Numbered from the stretch's first letter, positions 19,665-30,012 are shown. The stretch is 64,000 bases of DNA from an uncultured Nitrospiraceae bacterium (GCA_963728135.1 CAVSJC010000019.1:22477-86476), one strand, 5' to 3'. A program made the numbers and translations. The notes: generated from the letters alone by a model not told the origin.

Positions 19665-20543
19665 ATGTCGACTACCGCGGCCCCCATTCGTCTAGCCCGG
19701 CGATTTCACGTCGGCTGGACCATCGCCTTATTTTCCTCGATCGTGATCGGCTCGCTCGCAGCTATTCCGATCTTCGCCTATTTTTATGGCTATACCTGGC
19801 TCGATTGGTCGCTGTTCGGCATCCTGTATCTCGTGAGCGGACTCGGTATCACTGTGGGGTATCACCGGCTAATGTCCCATCGCAGCTTCGAGTGTCCGGA
19901 TTGGGTCAAGGGCGCGCTCTTGATCGGGGGAGCATGGGCCCTTCAAAATTCCGCCATCAAATGGACAGCGGATCATCTCCGTCATCACGCACACTGCGAT
20001 GAGGACGCGGATCCTTATAACGCCAAGCTGGGCTTCTGGCACAGCCATTGTGGATGGTTGTTTGCGGAACGGAAACACGACGATCTCCAATACGCTTCGC
20101 GGGTGGCGCAGGATCCCGTGGCCATCTGGCAGCACCGGCATTACACTGCCATTGTGCTGTCTGGGCTCGGGCTGACCTTTTTGATCGGGTTCTTGGAAAA
20201 CGGGGTAGTTGGTGGCATCGGGTGCTTTCTCCTGGCCGGAGTGGGACGGACGTTCGCCGTCTTAAATTCAACCTTTTGCATCAACTCCGTATGCCATATC
20301 TGGGGAAACCAGCCGTTCGGGTCAAAGGATTCAAGCCGTGATAGTTGGTGGGTGTCTCTGATTACCTTTGGCGAGGGATACCACAACTACCACCATATGT
20401 TCCCCAGCGACTATCGAAACGGGCCGCGCTGGTACGACTTTGACCCGTCGAAGTGGCTTATATATGGCCTTGCTGTGGTCGGTCTTGCGACGGGCCTGCG
20501 GACTGCGGGCTATGCAGGAGCAAACCGGCCGAGCCCAACCTGA
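19665..20543 (+). CDS. Delta-9 acyl-lipid/acyl-CoA desaturase
   Basis: His boxes HRLMSH, HLRHH and GEGYHNYHH; DPSKW. Confidence 0.92.
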   Translation: MSTTAAPIRLARRFHVGWTIALFSSIVIGSLAAIPIFAYFYGYTWLDWSLFGILYLVSGLGITVGYHRLMSHRSFECPDWVKGALLIGGAWALQNSAIKWTADHLRHHAHCDEDADPYNAKLGFWHSHCGWLFAERKHDDLQYASRVAQDPVAIWQHRHYTAIVLSGLGLTFLIGFLENGVVGGIGCFLLAGVGRTFAVLNSTFCINSVCHIWGNQPFGSKDSSRDSWWVSLITFGEGYHNYHHMFPSDYRNGPRWYDFDPSKWLIYGLAVVGLATGLRTAGYAGANRPSPT

Positions 20544-20584
20544 CCCGGGCCGATTCGCCGAAACCCAGCACATCCAGGCTTTGT

Positions 20585-20613
20585 TTGACTCCTCTGCAGC
20601 CACCTGTTACAGT
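20585..20613 (+). promoter_or_regulatory. Sigma70-type promoter with ~205-nt leader before the 20826 ORF
   Basis: TTGACT-17 nt-TACAGT. Confidence 0.55.
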
Positions 20614-20825
20614 GCCCCTCGTTTGCGCTTTCATCCCTCCTCGCGCTCTCCTTCACTCTTCGTTCCTGCGCGATCGTCTTTGTAGCGTGTCAGTTGTCCC
20701 TTCTATTCAGTGGGATGGCATAGTCTGCCTTCGTGAATGGATAATTCGATGCCCGCTCGAACGAGCCGGCTCTCTTCCTCAGAATCAGATGAGGCGGGGC
20801 TCTCGGCCGTCCCAAAAGGAGTACT

Positions 20826-21107
20826 ATGAATTTGTCTTCAGTATGGAAAGATCGCAGAGCGGGGAAAAAGAAGAAAAAGTCCGTGCACAAGCCGAAAATT
20901 CGTTGGCAATTGCTCGGACTGACAGATCCAAATTCGATAGACACCACGTCTTCCATTGAAACAATCCGTCGGGAAGTCTCCTCGCTGGCCAGCCATGGAT
21001 TCGGGACTGATACGCGTTTGCGCTCAGCGGCGACTCAGGAACTCAAGTCATTGGGCAAAGGCCGGTCAGGAAACAACCGGCCCAAGCGCCGAGGCGCCAC
21101 TGAATAG
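20826..21107 (+). CDS. Small basic hypothetical protein
   Basis: AAGGAG RBS just upstream; Lys/Arg-rich termini. Confidence 0.55.
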   Translation: MNLSSVWKDRRAGKKKKKSVHKPKIRWQLLGLTDPNSIDTTSSIETIRREVSSLASHGFGTDTRLRSAATQELKSLGKGRSGNNRPKRRGATE

Positions 21108-21281
21108 GATATGCAATGGGTAATCAGAATGCATGGGCTGAACAGCAGGAAGGTCGCCGTTGTGGGAGGCTGTGCTAGGGTGGATCGAACCAATACCCAT
21201 CGGCCAACCGTCTGGTCACTCATTCCGCCGAGGGCCCGCAATGCGTGTTTTTTAACCGCCCTCTAAACTGGAGGACCCACG

Positions 21282-21563
21282 ATGCGCCATCTTAGCTATG
21301 CCCATTATACCCTCATCCCTGCCGCCTTTGTCTTGATGACGGGCGTCTTCCTGGCCTTGCCTGCGGCAAGTGCTCCGGACACCGCTCGTCCGGCTGATCG
21401 GGTAGGCACTTCGATTGCCTCGGGTGCCAGCGAAGACTCTCTCCAGGCATGTCTGACGAGGATTCCGAAAGACGCCACTGCTGGCCAGCGTCTCATCGCG
21501 GAGCAAAGCTGCCGTCGTGATGACGGAGAGCGTAAACCGTTTCAGGCCACGTTAGGCCGGTAA
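21282..21563 (+). CDS. Small secreted hypothetical protein with two Cys
   Basis: GGAGG RBS, signal peptide, ACLTRIPKDATAGQRLIAEQSC. Confidence 0.65.
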   Translation: MRHLSYAHYTLIPAAFVLMTGVFLALPAASAPDTARPADRVGTSIASGASEDSLQACLTRIPKDATAGQRLIAEQSCRRDDGERKPFQATLGR

Positions 21564-21815
21564 TATCTGCTCTCGGATCGGACATCCTGGCCAGGTACAT
21601 GTCACCCGGCCTTCCCTTCTGTGGGTGGCCGGCGTGCGGTGCAACCGTCCGAAAGGCGCCTTATTTCAATGAGCGGCATTCAACCATTTCTGCAGTGGTT
21701 TTCGCAAAATCCGCTTGGGGCCGCCACGGTGTTCTACGTCACAGCAGTACTCGGCGTCCTTGTGTATGCCTATTTTGAACCGAGTGATCAGCGTTAGCGG
21801 CTTGTACAGGTACGG

Positions 21816-22079
21816 ATGAGTAAACGAGTTCTGTATGTCGGCGGATTGTCGGACGCTACCTCCGATCATCAACTTCAACAACTGTTCAAAACTTACGGCG
21901 ACGTGGCCCGCGCCTACGTGATCCGCTACAAGCATACCGGCAAATCGGCCGGCTATGGGTTCGTGGAAATGGGATCCCGGGAACAAGCGTTAACCGCAGT
22001 CAACGCCCTTGAAGGGGCGCTATTCGATGGGAATTCCCTCCGGCTTTATATCACGCCGTATAGTTCTCACAGTTCCTAG
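21816..22079 (+). CDS. RRM-type RNA-binding protein
   Basis: RNP2 LYVGGL and RNP1 AGYGFVEM. Confidence 0.88.
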   Translation: MSKRVLYVGGLSDATSDHQLQQLFKTYGDVARAYVIRYKHTGKSAGYGFVEMGSREQALTAVNALEGALFDGNSLRLYITPYSSHSS

Positions 22080-22100
22080 ACGCGGAGGAAAAGAGAAGCG

Positions 22101-22397
22101 ATGGGTCGCACGAACTTAGACACCCTCATGACATTTCCGGACGGCTCTCACCTGGTCATCAGCACACAATGCTCGAAACAGGGCGACTTCTCCTGCGCGC
22201 TTTATAGCGCCATCGTGAACGAAGACGATGGCGCGGCCTTCCAGATCATCTCGAATCACCTGTCTGCATCCACCTGCTTGAGCGCGCAGCAGCATGCCTA
22301 TAATTACGCTCTCCAGCTTTACCCGAGAGCCGCAGAATCCATGAAGAAACCGCCATACCTGATTTGGTCAGGTCCCCGCTCAGGGATCGTCCAGTAA
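22101..22397 (+). CDS. Hypothetical protein
   Basis: GGAGG RBS, co-oriented after the RRM gene; KKPPYLIW tail. Confidence 0.6.
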   Translation: MGRTNLDTLMTFPDGSHLVISTQCSKQGDFSCALYSAIVNEDDGAAFQIISNHLSASTCLSAQQHAYNYALQLYPRAAESMKKPPYLIWSGPRSGIVQ

Positions 22398-22429
22398 GCA
22401 TTCCACAAGCCGCATAACTATAGCGAAGC

Positions 22430-22597
22430 TTACTTCGATACGGGCGACGTCTTGGGGCTATCGGATACCAGCGAGGCCTTCAGGTCTTCAATGGTCCTGG
22501 CCACGTCGGTCTCGGTCGATCCGAACCGGTCCCCCATCACCTTTACGGCCTGTTTGATCGCAAGGGTCATTTTTGTGATTTGTTCATCCAGCGTCAT
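22430..22597 (-). CDS. Small helical hypothetical protein (55 aa)
   Basis: AAGGAG RBS before ATG at 22597 (MTLDEQITKM). Confidence 0.5.
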   Translation of the reverse strand: MTLDEQITKMTLAIKQAVKVMGDRFGSTETDVARTIEDLKASLVSDSPKTSPVSK

Positions 22598-23233
22598 GAC
22601 GGTCTCCTTTGGTTGAAGTATCAAGCCTGTTGCCTCCAACCACTCAATGTGATTGTGGGAGGGCGAGCAGGACGGCGAAGTCTTTCCGTGTTGAAGGCAG
22701 AACGGATGAAAAGAGCGGCGGCTGTTGTCAGCGGAACGGCGTGTCTCGATTTCCTTATGGACTGGCGCCGACCTTGAATTACGCAGGCGAATTCAGCGCC
22801 GTAGGTCCTATCCGATTGCCCTTTTGATGCCGGAGCGTCGGAAAAACAGCTTCATTCTGACTTAACACCGTCTGTAGCACAACGGCGATGCAAGCACAAT
22901 GGCGAGTGAGCTGAAAAATAGCGTTTTGCAAAATAAATCAAAGAGCCATGCGGCTCTCAAGCGCCCTTCCGAGTAGTCCCGTTCTGTTTCTGTCTTCCCT
23001 CACTCTTGCTCAATCCTGAACATAGCTCCATCCCAGCCCACAGTGCCTGAAACAACCCGTCAAGGCCTTGAAAGGGACGGCGGCTCAAGATTAACTCAAC
23101 AATCTGCGCACCCAAATATAGGCTTAGGACTGATCGCTTAAACCATCGGCCCGATTTACATCCGATCGCCGTACTGGATATAAAACACCGCTCCAAGTCC
23201 TTTCTCAATCCACACAATCACCTAAACGCAGTA

Positions 23234-23602
23234 GTGAGGTTTGATGCAATGGAGCATATGCATCGCGTTGGCTATTTACTCATTCTTTGGTCATGTCTTA
23301 TTTGCTTGAGCAGTTGTGGCGGTGGGGACGAGATAAACCCGGCTCCCGCTGGAGCGTCAGCAACGCTAAGTTGGAACCCCAACGAAGATGAGACTGTCCA
23401 TGCTTACACTGTCTATTACGGAAAGCAGTCGTCCGGGCAGAGCGGATTATGCAGCTATGAGCACTCGCAATCCGTGTCTAGCACATCAGCCACGATCACA
23501 GGACTAGATTTCAATACCCGGTATTACTTTGCCGTCAGTGCCTCCAATGGAGCGGAGGGACTCTGCTCTGAGGAAGTATCCACACTGACGGCATCCGCTT
23601 AA
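23234..23602 (+). CDS. Fibronectin type III domain lipoprotein
   Basis: Lipobox LSSC; ATLSWNPN, YTVYYG, ITGLDFNTRYYFAVSASN. Confidence 0.8.
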   Translation: MRFDAMEHMHRVGYLLILWSCLICLSSCGGGDEINPAPAGASATLSWNPNEDETVHAYTVYYGKQSSGQSGLCSYEHSQSVSSTSATITGLDFNTRYYFAVSASNGAEGLCSEEVSTLTASA

Positions 23603-24199
23603 GCTATCCGGTTCACAAAGCTCCCAACCGAAACGCGCCACTCAAGTTGGCTTGCGATGAGGCCCATGCAATCAAGGAGCGCAGAGCCACCATCTTGTGA
23701 ACAGAGAAACGGAGCTAGCAGTTCTAGAACCACAGCTGGGCGTCCTGCGCCCGATGGCATGCGTTACGAGGATTATCATGCCGCCTCCCCTTTCGGTTAT
23801 CTCTTCAGCCACGGGAATTGGTTCAAATCGTTTTCTTCGCTATCGGTACCCCTTGCCACCGTTTGCTCAGCGGTTGAAGCCTGTTTCCTGCTGATACCTG
23901 CTCCATGCGACTAGTGCGACAAGCCGAGCCCTTGTGAGATCGAGTTGGACGTAATCCGGCTTTCCAATAATAGTCCATCAGGCTGTAGGCGCCCATGCGC
24001 CGGGCAAGAGCTGAACGAATACAAGAAGCGTTGGACACAGAAGGTTGTGCCCAGTTACGAAATATCCGGAGATGGTTCCTTGAGTGATAAACGTGCCGCC
24101 ATAGCTTCACATTGACTCGTTGGCGGGGGGTACCGTAAGGTTGTCTTAGAATCCGCTGGTGAGCAATCCCGCTGCATCGACTAAGATTCAGACGATTCC

Positions 24200-25060
24200 A
24201 TGGATGAAGCCGCGATCAACTGGGTCGAGCACCTGCTTAAACTCCTTATTTTGGTGGGTTTCTCCGCAGGCATCGGAGGCGCGGTGGCTTACTGGGTGTT
24301 TACAACTATGGGACGTGAGTGGTTCGATGCGAAGTTTAGAGCACGCCTGGGGAAATATCGACATGCACAAGAAACGGAGCTTGAGCAGTTACGGCTAAAA
24401 ATCAGCAACGTCTACAACAGAGCCCTACAACTGCACCAGCGCGAGCTTGAGGTCCTTCCAGAGGCTTGGGCTCGGCTTACCGATGCCGCGCAGAAAACCT
24501 TGCGCCTCACCGGCCCACATGAATATTGTCCGGACCTGAACACGATGACGATCCCTCACTTAGAGGAGTTTCTCGCTCAGTCTTCGCTCACCAAGTGGGA
24601 GAAAGAGGAAATCAAGACCCAGGCTGACAAAAAACAACATTACATCAATTGCGTCCTCTCGTCGCAACTCGTGGAGGCGAGAAAACACGCCGTCGACGCC
24701 CGCTTCTATCTCGTAAGAAATGGCATCTTTTTGCCGGTGGATCTCAGAGAACGTTTCATGAAACTCTCCGACATGGTGTGGGAAGCGCTTATGGAACATG
24801 AACACCAGAAAGACCACAACGACTTACCCCGCACGATGAGCAAACGGGATCTGTTTCACGAAAGAGGTGAAGACTGTCTAAAGCAATTGGAAATTGCTGT
24901 GTATCACAGATTGTGGAACTCGCAGAACGCCCGGTCTACGACGCAAGAGGAAAAAGCAGAGGCCATGGCTGATAGAGGATTCACGCTGTTCATCAAACGG
25001 CTTGAGCAAAAGCTTGATATGGTATGGCCAAGATCAAGGACTGAGGGACGGCATAAGTAG
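24200..25060 (+). CDS. Hypothetical protein with N-terminal TM helix and coiled coil
   Basis: 286-aa ORF with hydrophobic residues ~12-35 followed by heptad-like helices. Confidence 0.7.
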   Translation: MDEAAINWVEHLLKLLILVGFSAGIGGAVAYWVFTTMGREWFDAKFRARLGKYRHAQETELEQLRLKISNVYNRALQLHQRELEVLPEAWARLTDAAQKTLRLTGPHEYCPDLNTMTIPHLEEFLAQSSLTKWEKEEIKTQADKKQHYINCVLSSQLVEARKHAVDARFYLVRNGIFLPVDLRERFMKLSDMVWEALMEHEHQKDHNDLPRTMSKRDLFHERGEDCLKQLEIAVYHRLWNSQNARSTTQEEKAEAMADRGFTLFIKRLEQKLDMVWPRSRTEGRHK

Positions 25061-25243
25061 CTCCTCCGCTGGTCCACTGGAGCCGGGCGCTTTGCCCTTT
25101 CCGTCGAACCCGCCTCGATGAGTCAAGACTAACTGACGCCCGTGTGAACGATTCACTCGAGAGGAAAAGCAATGCGGATCTACTCTGGAGCAGCTCATGC
25201 GCTCGAGCGATGCCCTCCACTATAGAGCTGCAGAGCTACGGAT

Positions 25244-25691
25244 TCAGCATCGATAACAGTGAACGTCTGAAAGAGGTACGCGGAGGTCTTCTGACAGAAA
25301 CGCGCAGAGCCGATCGGCGATTTCATCCCGCACACGCCGGAACTCCTCAACCCGCCTCTCAGCTGGCGCGGCGGCCGGATCATCGAAGGACCAATGTAGG
25401 AGCTTGTGCCCACCGGGGAAGATCGGACAGGTTTCCCTGGCTCGATCGCACACCGTAATCACGTAGTCAAAGGACTGTCCCCGAAACTCCTCGACATGCT
25501 TCGATCGACGTCCCTGAACGTCAACACCAAGCTCTTGCATCACGTCGACTGTCGCAGGATTCGAGGCCGACGGGGTGTGTGCCCGCGCTCTCCGCAAGGA
25601 AGTCCTTCCCGCCAATGAGTCGAAGCAGCGCTTCAGCCATTTGGCTCCGGGCTGAATTGCCAGTGCACAGAAACAGTATCCGGTATGCCAT
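25244..25691 (-). CDS. arsC: Thioredoxin-type arsenate reductase, with +1 frameshift near 25562
   Basis: ATG 25691 reads [21 protein letters not shown]...AGTHPVGL; one extra base then [12 protein letters not shown]...VITVCD...CPIFPG...HWSFDDPA. Confidence 0.88.
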
Positions 25692-25711
25692 GGCGCTCCC
25701 CTGACCTTGGT

Positions 25712-26791
25712 CTATCGAACGAACCAGTGACGGGTACGATTGCAGACGCTACAGACTGACAACATGACAGGCACTTCAACCAACACTCCTACGACTGTCG
25801 CAAGGGCGGCACCGGACTCTGCGCCGAACAAGGCGATCGCCGTCGCCACGGCGAGTTCAAAGAAGTTACTCGCGCCGATCAACGCGCCAGGCGCAGCCAC
25901 GGCATAGGGCACGTGAAACCAATGCATCAGGGAATAGGCCAGCGAAGCGTTCAGATACACCTGGAGCAGGATAGGTAGGGCGATCAGTGCCACGTGCCAC
26001 GGCTTCCCGATGATGTTGTCGGCTTGAAAGGCGAAGATGAGGACAAGGGTCAATAACAGCGCCGTAATGGTCACCGGCCCGAACCGTGGGAGGAAACTCT
26101 GCTCAAACCAGACCTTGCCGTGCTGTTGCAGGAGCCACGTCCGAAGCGCCGTTCCAATGGCGAGGGGAATGACAATGAAAGCCAGCACTGAATACCACAG
26201 CACTGCATAGGGCACCGTCAACGTCGAGGTGCCACTGACGAGCAGTGCAATAATAGGAGCGAAGAGGACCAGCATCAGGAGATCGTTGACCGTCACTTGA
26301 ACCAGTGTATAGGCGGGATCACCGTCAGTCAGATAGCTCCAAACAAAGACCATCGCGGTACAAGGGGCTGCCGCAAGGATAATGCACCCGGCAATATACT
26401 GCTCGGCCTCCGCCGGAGACAGCCAGGCGGCAAAGAAATAGCGGAAGAACAGCCAGGCGAACAGCGCCATGGAAAACGGCTTAACGAGCCAGTTCACAAA
26501 CAGGGTCACCAGCAAGCCGGCCGGACGTTGGCCCACATGCCGTAACGCCGTGAGATCCACTTTCATCATCATGGGAATGATCATGAGCCAGATCAAGACG
26601 GCAATCGGCAGATTGATGTGGCTGTCTTGACCGAACTCGGTGCTGCGGAGGGCGCTGACAAGAGTGGGAAACGCACGGCCTACAAGTACCCCAGCCACTA
26701 TGCACAAGACGACCCAGACGCTCAGATACCGTTCAAACGGGTTGAGGCGTTTGGCTTCACTCGGCATAGGTGCGGCTAATACGGCGTCCAT
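25712..26791 (-). CDS. acr3: Acr3 arsenite efflux permease
   Basis: [58 protein letters not shown]; start 26791. Confidence 0.95.
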   Translation of the reverse strand: MDAVLAAPMPSEAKRLNPFERYLSVWVVLCIVAGVLVGRAFPTLVSALRSTEFGQDSHINLPIAVLIWLMIIPMMMKVDLTALRHVGQRPAGLLVTLFVNWLVKPFSMALFAWLFFRYFFAAWLSPAEAEQYIAGCIILAAAPCTAMVFVWSYLTDGDPAYTLVQVTVNDLLMLVLFAPIIALLVSGTSTLTVPYAVLWYSVLAFIVIPLAIGTALRTWLLQQHGKVWFEQSFLPRFGPVTITALLLTLVLIFAFQADNIIGKPWHVALIALPILLQVYLNASLAYSLMHWFHVPYAVAAPGALIGASNFFELAVATAIALFGAESGAALATVVGVLVEVPVMLSVCSVCNRTRHWFVR

Positions 26792-26808
26792 CAACGTCTC
26801 CTTCTTGG

Positions 26809-27668
26809 TTACGCACAACAGGCCGGAGCGCAGCAAGACCTGGCTTGTGCCGGCTTGATCGCCCGGATAAACCCGCTCATAAGCTTTCCATCGATTGAAC
26901 TGGCCACCGTTTTTGTATCGAGTCCGGCGCCCATGAGGAATTCCTGGGCATCGTCTGCCGTGTAAATTCTGGTCGGCTCGATGCTGACTGTTTCGAACCC
27001 TGCCGTCTGTAGCTTCTCGATATACACGGACTCCTCTAGCGCCCCGGCCACACAACCTGCCCACAGCTCGGCGCTGTGTCGAACTTCTTTCGGCATCACA
27101 CCTCGCACCACGATGTCCGAGACCGCGACGCGTCCACCGGGCTTTAACACTCGAAAGGCCTCGCGAAGCACCTGATCCTTGTCGGGAGACAAATTGATGA
27201 CACAGTTCGAGATGATGAGATCCACCGAGTTGTCGGGCAGAGGAATCTGCTCGATATCGCCTTTCAGAAATTCAACGTTGGCAATGCCGGCCCTGTGTTG
27301 GTTCTGTCTGGCGAGCTCCAACATCTCGTCCGTCATATCCAGGCCATAGACCTTACCGGTCGGGCCGACCCGTCGTGCAGACAGGAAGACGTCGATCCCC
27401 CCGCCGGAGCCTAGATCGAGGACAGTCTCGCCTGGATGGATCACGCGAGAGCCGTCGGGTTCCCGCAACCGAAGGAGGCCCGGACGGCCTCCGCCGGCAA
27501 TGCTGCCGTTTGGTTGTCGTGATACAAATTCGCGGTAATCGGATCGAGCGCGTCTCCCTCGAGAAGACTGCCGGTTCCGCAGCACGAAGGCTTGCCATTG
27601 TTTGCTTGTCGCGCCGCCTGGCCATATTCGGCCCGGACATACTCCTTGACCTCGCTTGCTTTCTTCAT
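26809..27668 (-). CDS. arsM: Arsenite S-adenosylmethionine methyltransferase, with one-base deletion near 27443
   Basis: SCC, SFGCGNPTALA, then shifted frame IHPGETVLDLGSGGGIDV, IISNCVINLSPDK, LWAGCVAGA, C-terminal CC. Confidence 0.9.
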
Positions 27669-27704
27669 GCGCCCCCCTCGTTAATAAGTCCTGTCAGTTA
27701 CCCG

Positions 27705-28817
27705 TCAATGATCCTTCCTGTAGGCTACCCGTTCGCCGGAAAGGCGTGACAGGTTGCGCTCGATCTCTCGCTGCGGCAACCGATACACTCCCGATCGCAT
27801 CACGATCTCTTGTCCTTCGCGGCTATTTACGAAGCGTAAAAATTCCGCCAGAGTCGGGCTGAGCACATCACTCGGCTTGTGGTTGATATACAGATAGAGC
27901 ATGCGCGTAAGAGGATACGTCCCGTCCGTCGTGGTCTCGAATGAGGGCGCCACGTAGGCATCGGTCTTCGAAGGTGCGAGCGGAACCACTCGGACGACGG
28001 AGCTCTGATACCCGATCCCGCTATACCCTATAGCCTGAGGATCCTGTCCTACCGCGAGGATGAGCGATGCCGACCCGACCGCTTCCTTGAGCGTGTCTCG
28101 AAACGGGGCATTTCCCAGCACGTGCTCTTGGAAAAAGGCGCGTGTCCCTGATCTGACATCCCGGCCATAAAGATGGACCGAAGCGTCTCGCCAGCCATCC
28201 TGTAGCCCAAGCTCACCCCATACGGACAGACTCGCTTGCCGCCCCACGCTGTCCTGTGAGGAAAAAAGATTTCTCACTTGATCAAGCGTCAGACCGGGGA
28301 TCGGGTTGTCTCGATGCACATAGATGGCGACGGCTTCAAGGGCAATCGGCACCTCCATCGGTTCATAGCCAAACCGGGACACAAAGGTGACCCTTTCCTT
28401 TTCGCTCAGTTTTCTCGAGGAAGCCATGACCTGAACCTGCATGGAAACATGGTGACCAAAATCGCTTCCGTCTCCTCGTCGGTACACGGACTTGTTTTGA
28501 ATCATCTCCCAGAAAGGGCCCTGGCCCGTGTCGGCATCAGTGGATACGGACTTCGACCCTTGTCCCTCTACACCAATGTGCGCGGCCGGGTAGTAAAGCC
28601 TGAACTGCGCCGCCAAGCGGGTCATTAACGGGAACATCGTGTTGGAACCGGCAACGGTGAACCGCCCGTCGATGTCCTTTGCGGTGACATACGACGGTGG
28701 CACCCACTCGTTGGCGACCCCTGAAAGCTCGTTTGCATAGCCCTCAGGAGAAAACAGCCCAAACAAGATAGCGGCGGTCATGACAAATCTTACAATGCTG
28801 CTGCGGCCGATAATCAT
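27705..28817 (-). CDS. pstS: PstS-family phosphate/oxyanion-binding protein
   Basis: Signal peptide, AGSNTM, ASSRKL, YGRDVRSGTRAFF, AIGYSGIGY, GTYPLTRMLYLY. Confidence 0.85.
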   Translation of the reverse strand: MIIGRSSIVRFVMTAAILFGLFSPEGYANELSGVANEWVPPSYVTAKDIDGRFTVAGSNTMFPLMTRLAAQFRLYYPAAHIGVEGQGSKSVSTDADTGQGPFWEMIQNKSVYRRGDGSDFGHHVSMQVQVMASSRKLSEKERVTFVSRFGYEPMEVPIALEAVAIYVHRDNPIPGLTLDQVRNLFSSQDSVGRQASLSVWGELGLQDGWRDASVHLYGRDVRSGTRAFFQEHVLGNAPFRDTLKEAVGSASLILAVGQDPQAIGYSGIGYQSSVVRVVPLAPSKTDAYVAPSFETTTDGTYPLTRMLYLYINHKPSDVLSPTLAEFLRFVNSREGQEIVMRSGVYRLPQREIERNLSRLSGERVAYRKDH

Positions 28818-28888
28818 GTGGTCACCTCCTCGGGCTGAACATTTTGGACTTCAGACGCCGTTTAATCTCAAGCTTGCGCTACATTTAC

Positions 28889-28904
28889 ATCAAGAAGTAT
28901 TGAT
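28889..28904. promoter_or_regulatory. Putative ArsR operator upstream of pstS-arsM-acr3-arsC
   Basis: ATCAA-gaagta-TTGAT palindrome; same motif at 29257. Confidence 0.75.
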
Positions 28905-28921
28905 ATATTAGGGCCAAAAAA

Positions 28922-29243
28922 TCAGCAGCATTGAGATTTGATCAATCCGTGGGATCTCTTCTTCATGTCCTTGAGGAACGATTCCAGCTCCTCGAGTGCG
29001 GATTGATTGAGGGAGTAATAGATCCACCGCCCGTCACGGCGGTCATTGACCAAGCCGGCATCCTTGAGTACCTTGAGATGAAACGAAAGGCGTGACTGAC
29101 CCGTCTTAAAGGCATCTGTCAGGTCACAGACACATTGCTCCCCTGCCTGCAATCGCTGCACGACGAGGAGACGGGTCTTGTCCGAAAGCGCATGAAACAA
29201 CCGGGCAACCTGCTCCGACGTCCGTTGATATTCCAGATGGCAT
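28922..29243 (-). CDS. arsR: ArsR/SmtB family repressor; probable ATG at 29243 with +1 indel near 29216 (otherwise TTG at 29200)
   Basis: FHALSDKTRL, EQCVCDL As-binding box, SFHLKVLKDAGLV, GRWIYYSL, C-terminal CC. Confidence 0.9.
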
Positions 29244-29249
29244 GACCGC

Positions 29250-29279
29250 TTTATACATCAACAAACATTGATTAGTCAA
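29250..29279 (-). promoter_or_regulatory. arsR promoter with operator in the spacer
   Basis: Minus strand TTGACT-18 nt-TATAAA, then 6 nt to ATG; ATCAA-caaaca-TTGAT at 29257-29272. Confidence 0.7.
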
Positions 29280-29379
29280 GTTGGTGCTCTTTACAAATGA
29301 GTGGCCTGCATCCTTCCAGAGGTCTCAACGTCTATAGGGGTGAAGGCAATGAGGCCTTCGACCACCAAGGAGGCGAGCC

Positions 29380-29907
29380 ATGAGACCCCATCTTTCGCTG
29401 GATGTCCGGAATGTGCCTGCATCGGTCGCGTTTTATGAGAAGATCTTCGGCATCGAGCCGCAGAAACAGACCACCGACTATGCAAAGTTCGATCTGTCGC
29501 ATCCTGCCTTGAATCTTTCCCTGGTGTCATCCACGGGAAACGTCAGCTCAGTGAATCATCTGGGAATTGAGGTCGACACCCTGGCAGACATCACGGCCTG
29601 GAAAGAGCGGTTGCAAAAGGCTGGCGTGATCGAGAAGGTAGAGGAAAATGTCGCGTGCTGCTTTGCCCGACAGGATAAGATCTGGTTCACCGATCCGGAC
29701 GGAAATGCATGGGAGGTGTTTACGGTGCATGAACAACTGTCCGTGAGTGGGCCTGTCTCCAGCACCGGTTGCTGCGTTCCCTCCCCCAACGGCGGGGCCA
29801 AGACTTGTGCGACCGAGAATCGAGCTGCGCCGGCACTTCCGACGCTTGCGCTCTTGTTCGTTATGCTCACCTCGATCCTTACGTGTTGGAGTGGCGCAAC
29901 AGGGTGA
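29380..29907 (+). CDS. arsI: ArsI/CadI family VOC metalloenzyme (putative C-As lyase)
   Basis: HLSLDV, NHLGIEV, vicinal Cys in ACCFARQDKIW, DPDGNAWEVF; divergent from arsR. Confidence 0.78.
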   Translation: MRPHLSLDVRNVPASVAFYEKIFGIEPQKQTTDYAKFDLSHPALNLSLVSSTGNVSSVNHLGIEVDTLADITAWKERLQKAGVIEKVEENVACCFARQDKIWFTDPDGNAWEVFTVHEQLSVSGPVSSTGCCVPSPNGGAKTCATENRAAPALPTLALLFVMLTSILTCWSGATG

Positions 29908-30012
29908 GGGAATGGCGCTGGACTTCTCCTCGGGTAAATGCAAAGTCGGCTACGTCCGCGACGGCGTAGCCGGCTCGTTTGTCCGAGACCTTATTGCCAA
30001 TGGAGGGAAAAC

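Noticed and set aside
22640-24160. Short ORFs in lower-GC DNA around the Fn3 gene as IS or toxin remnants
   Set aside because: No transposase motifs, terminal inverted repeats or toxin signatures that I could recognise.
25555-25570. Programmed frameshifting as the explanation for the split genes
   Set aside because: No shared slippery heptamer or downstream structure, and these gene families are not known to be recoded; sequencing error is simpler.
26792-27064. N-terminal extension of the Acr3 ORF in the track
   Set aside because: It overlaps arsM; the real start is 26791, after an AAGGAG RBS.
29783-29791. CCCCAACGG-like match to the tRNA-Glu 3' half as a distal att site
   Set aside because: Only about 9 bp and inside the arsI coding region; expected by chance.
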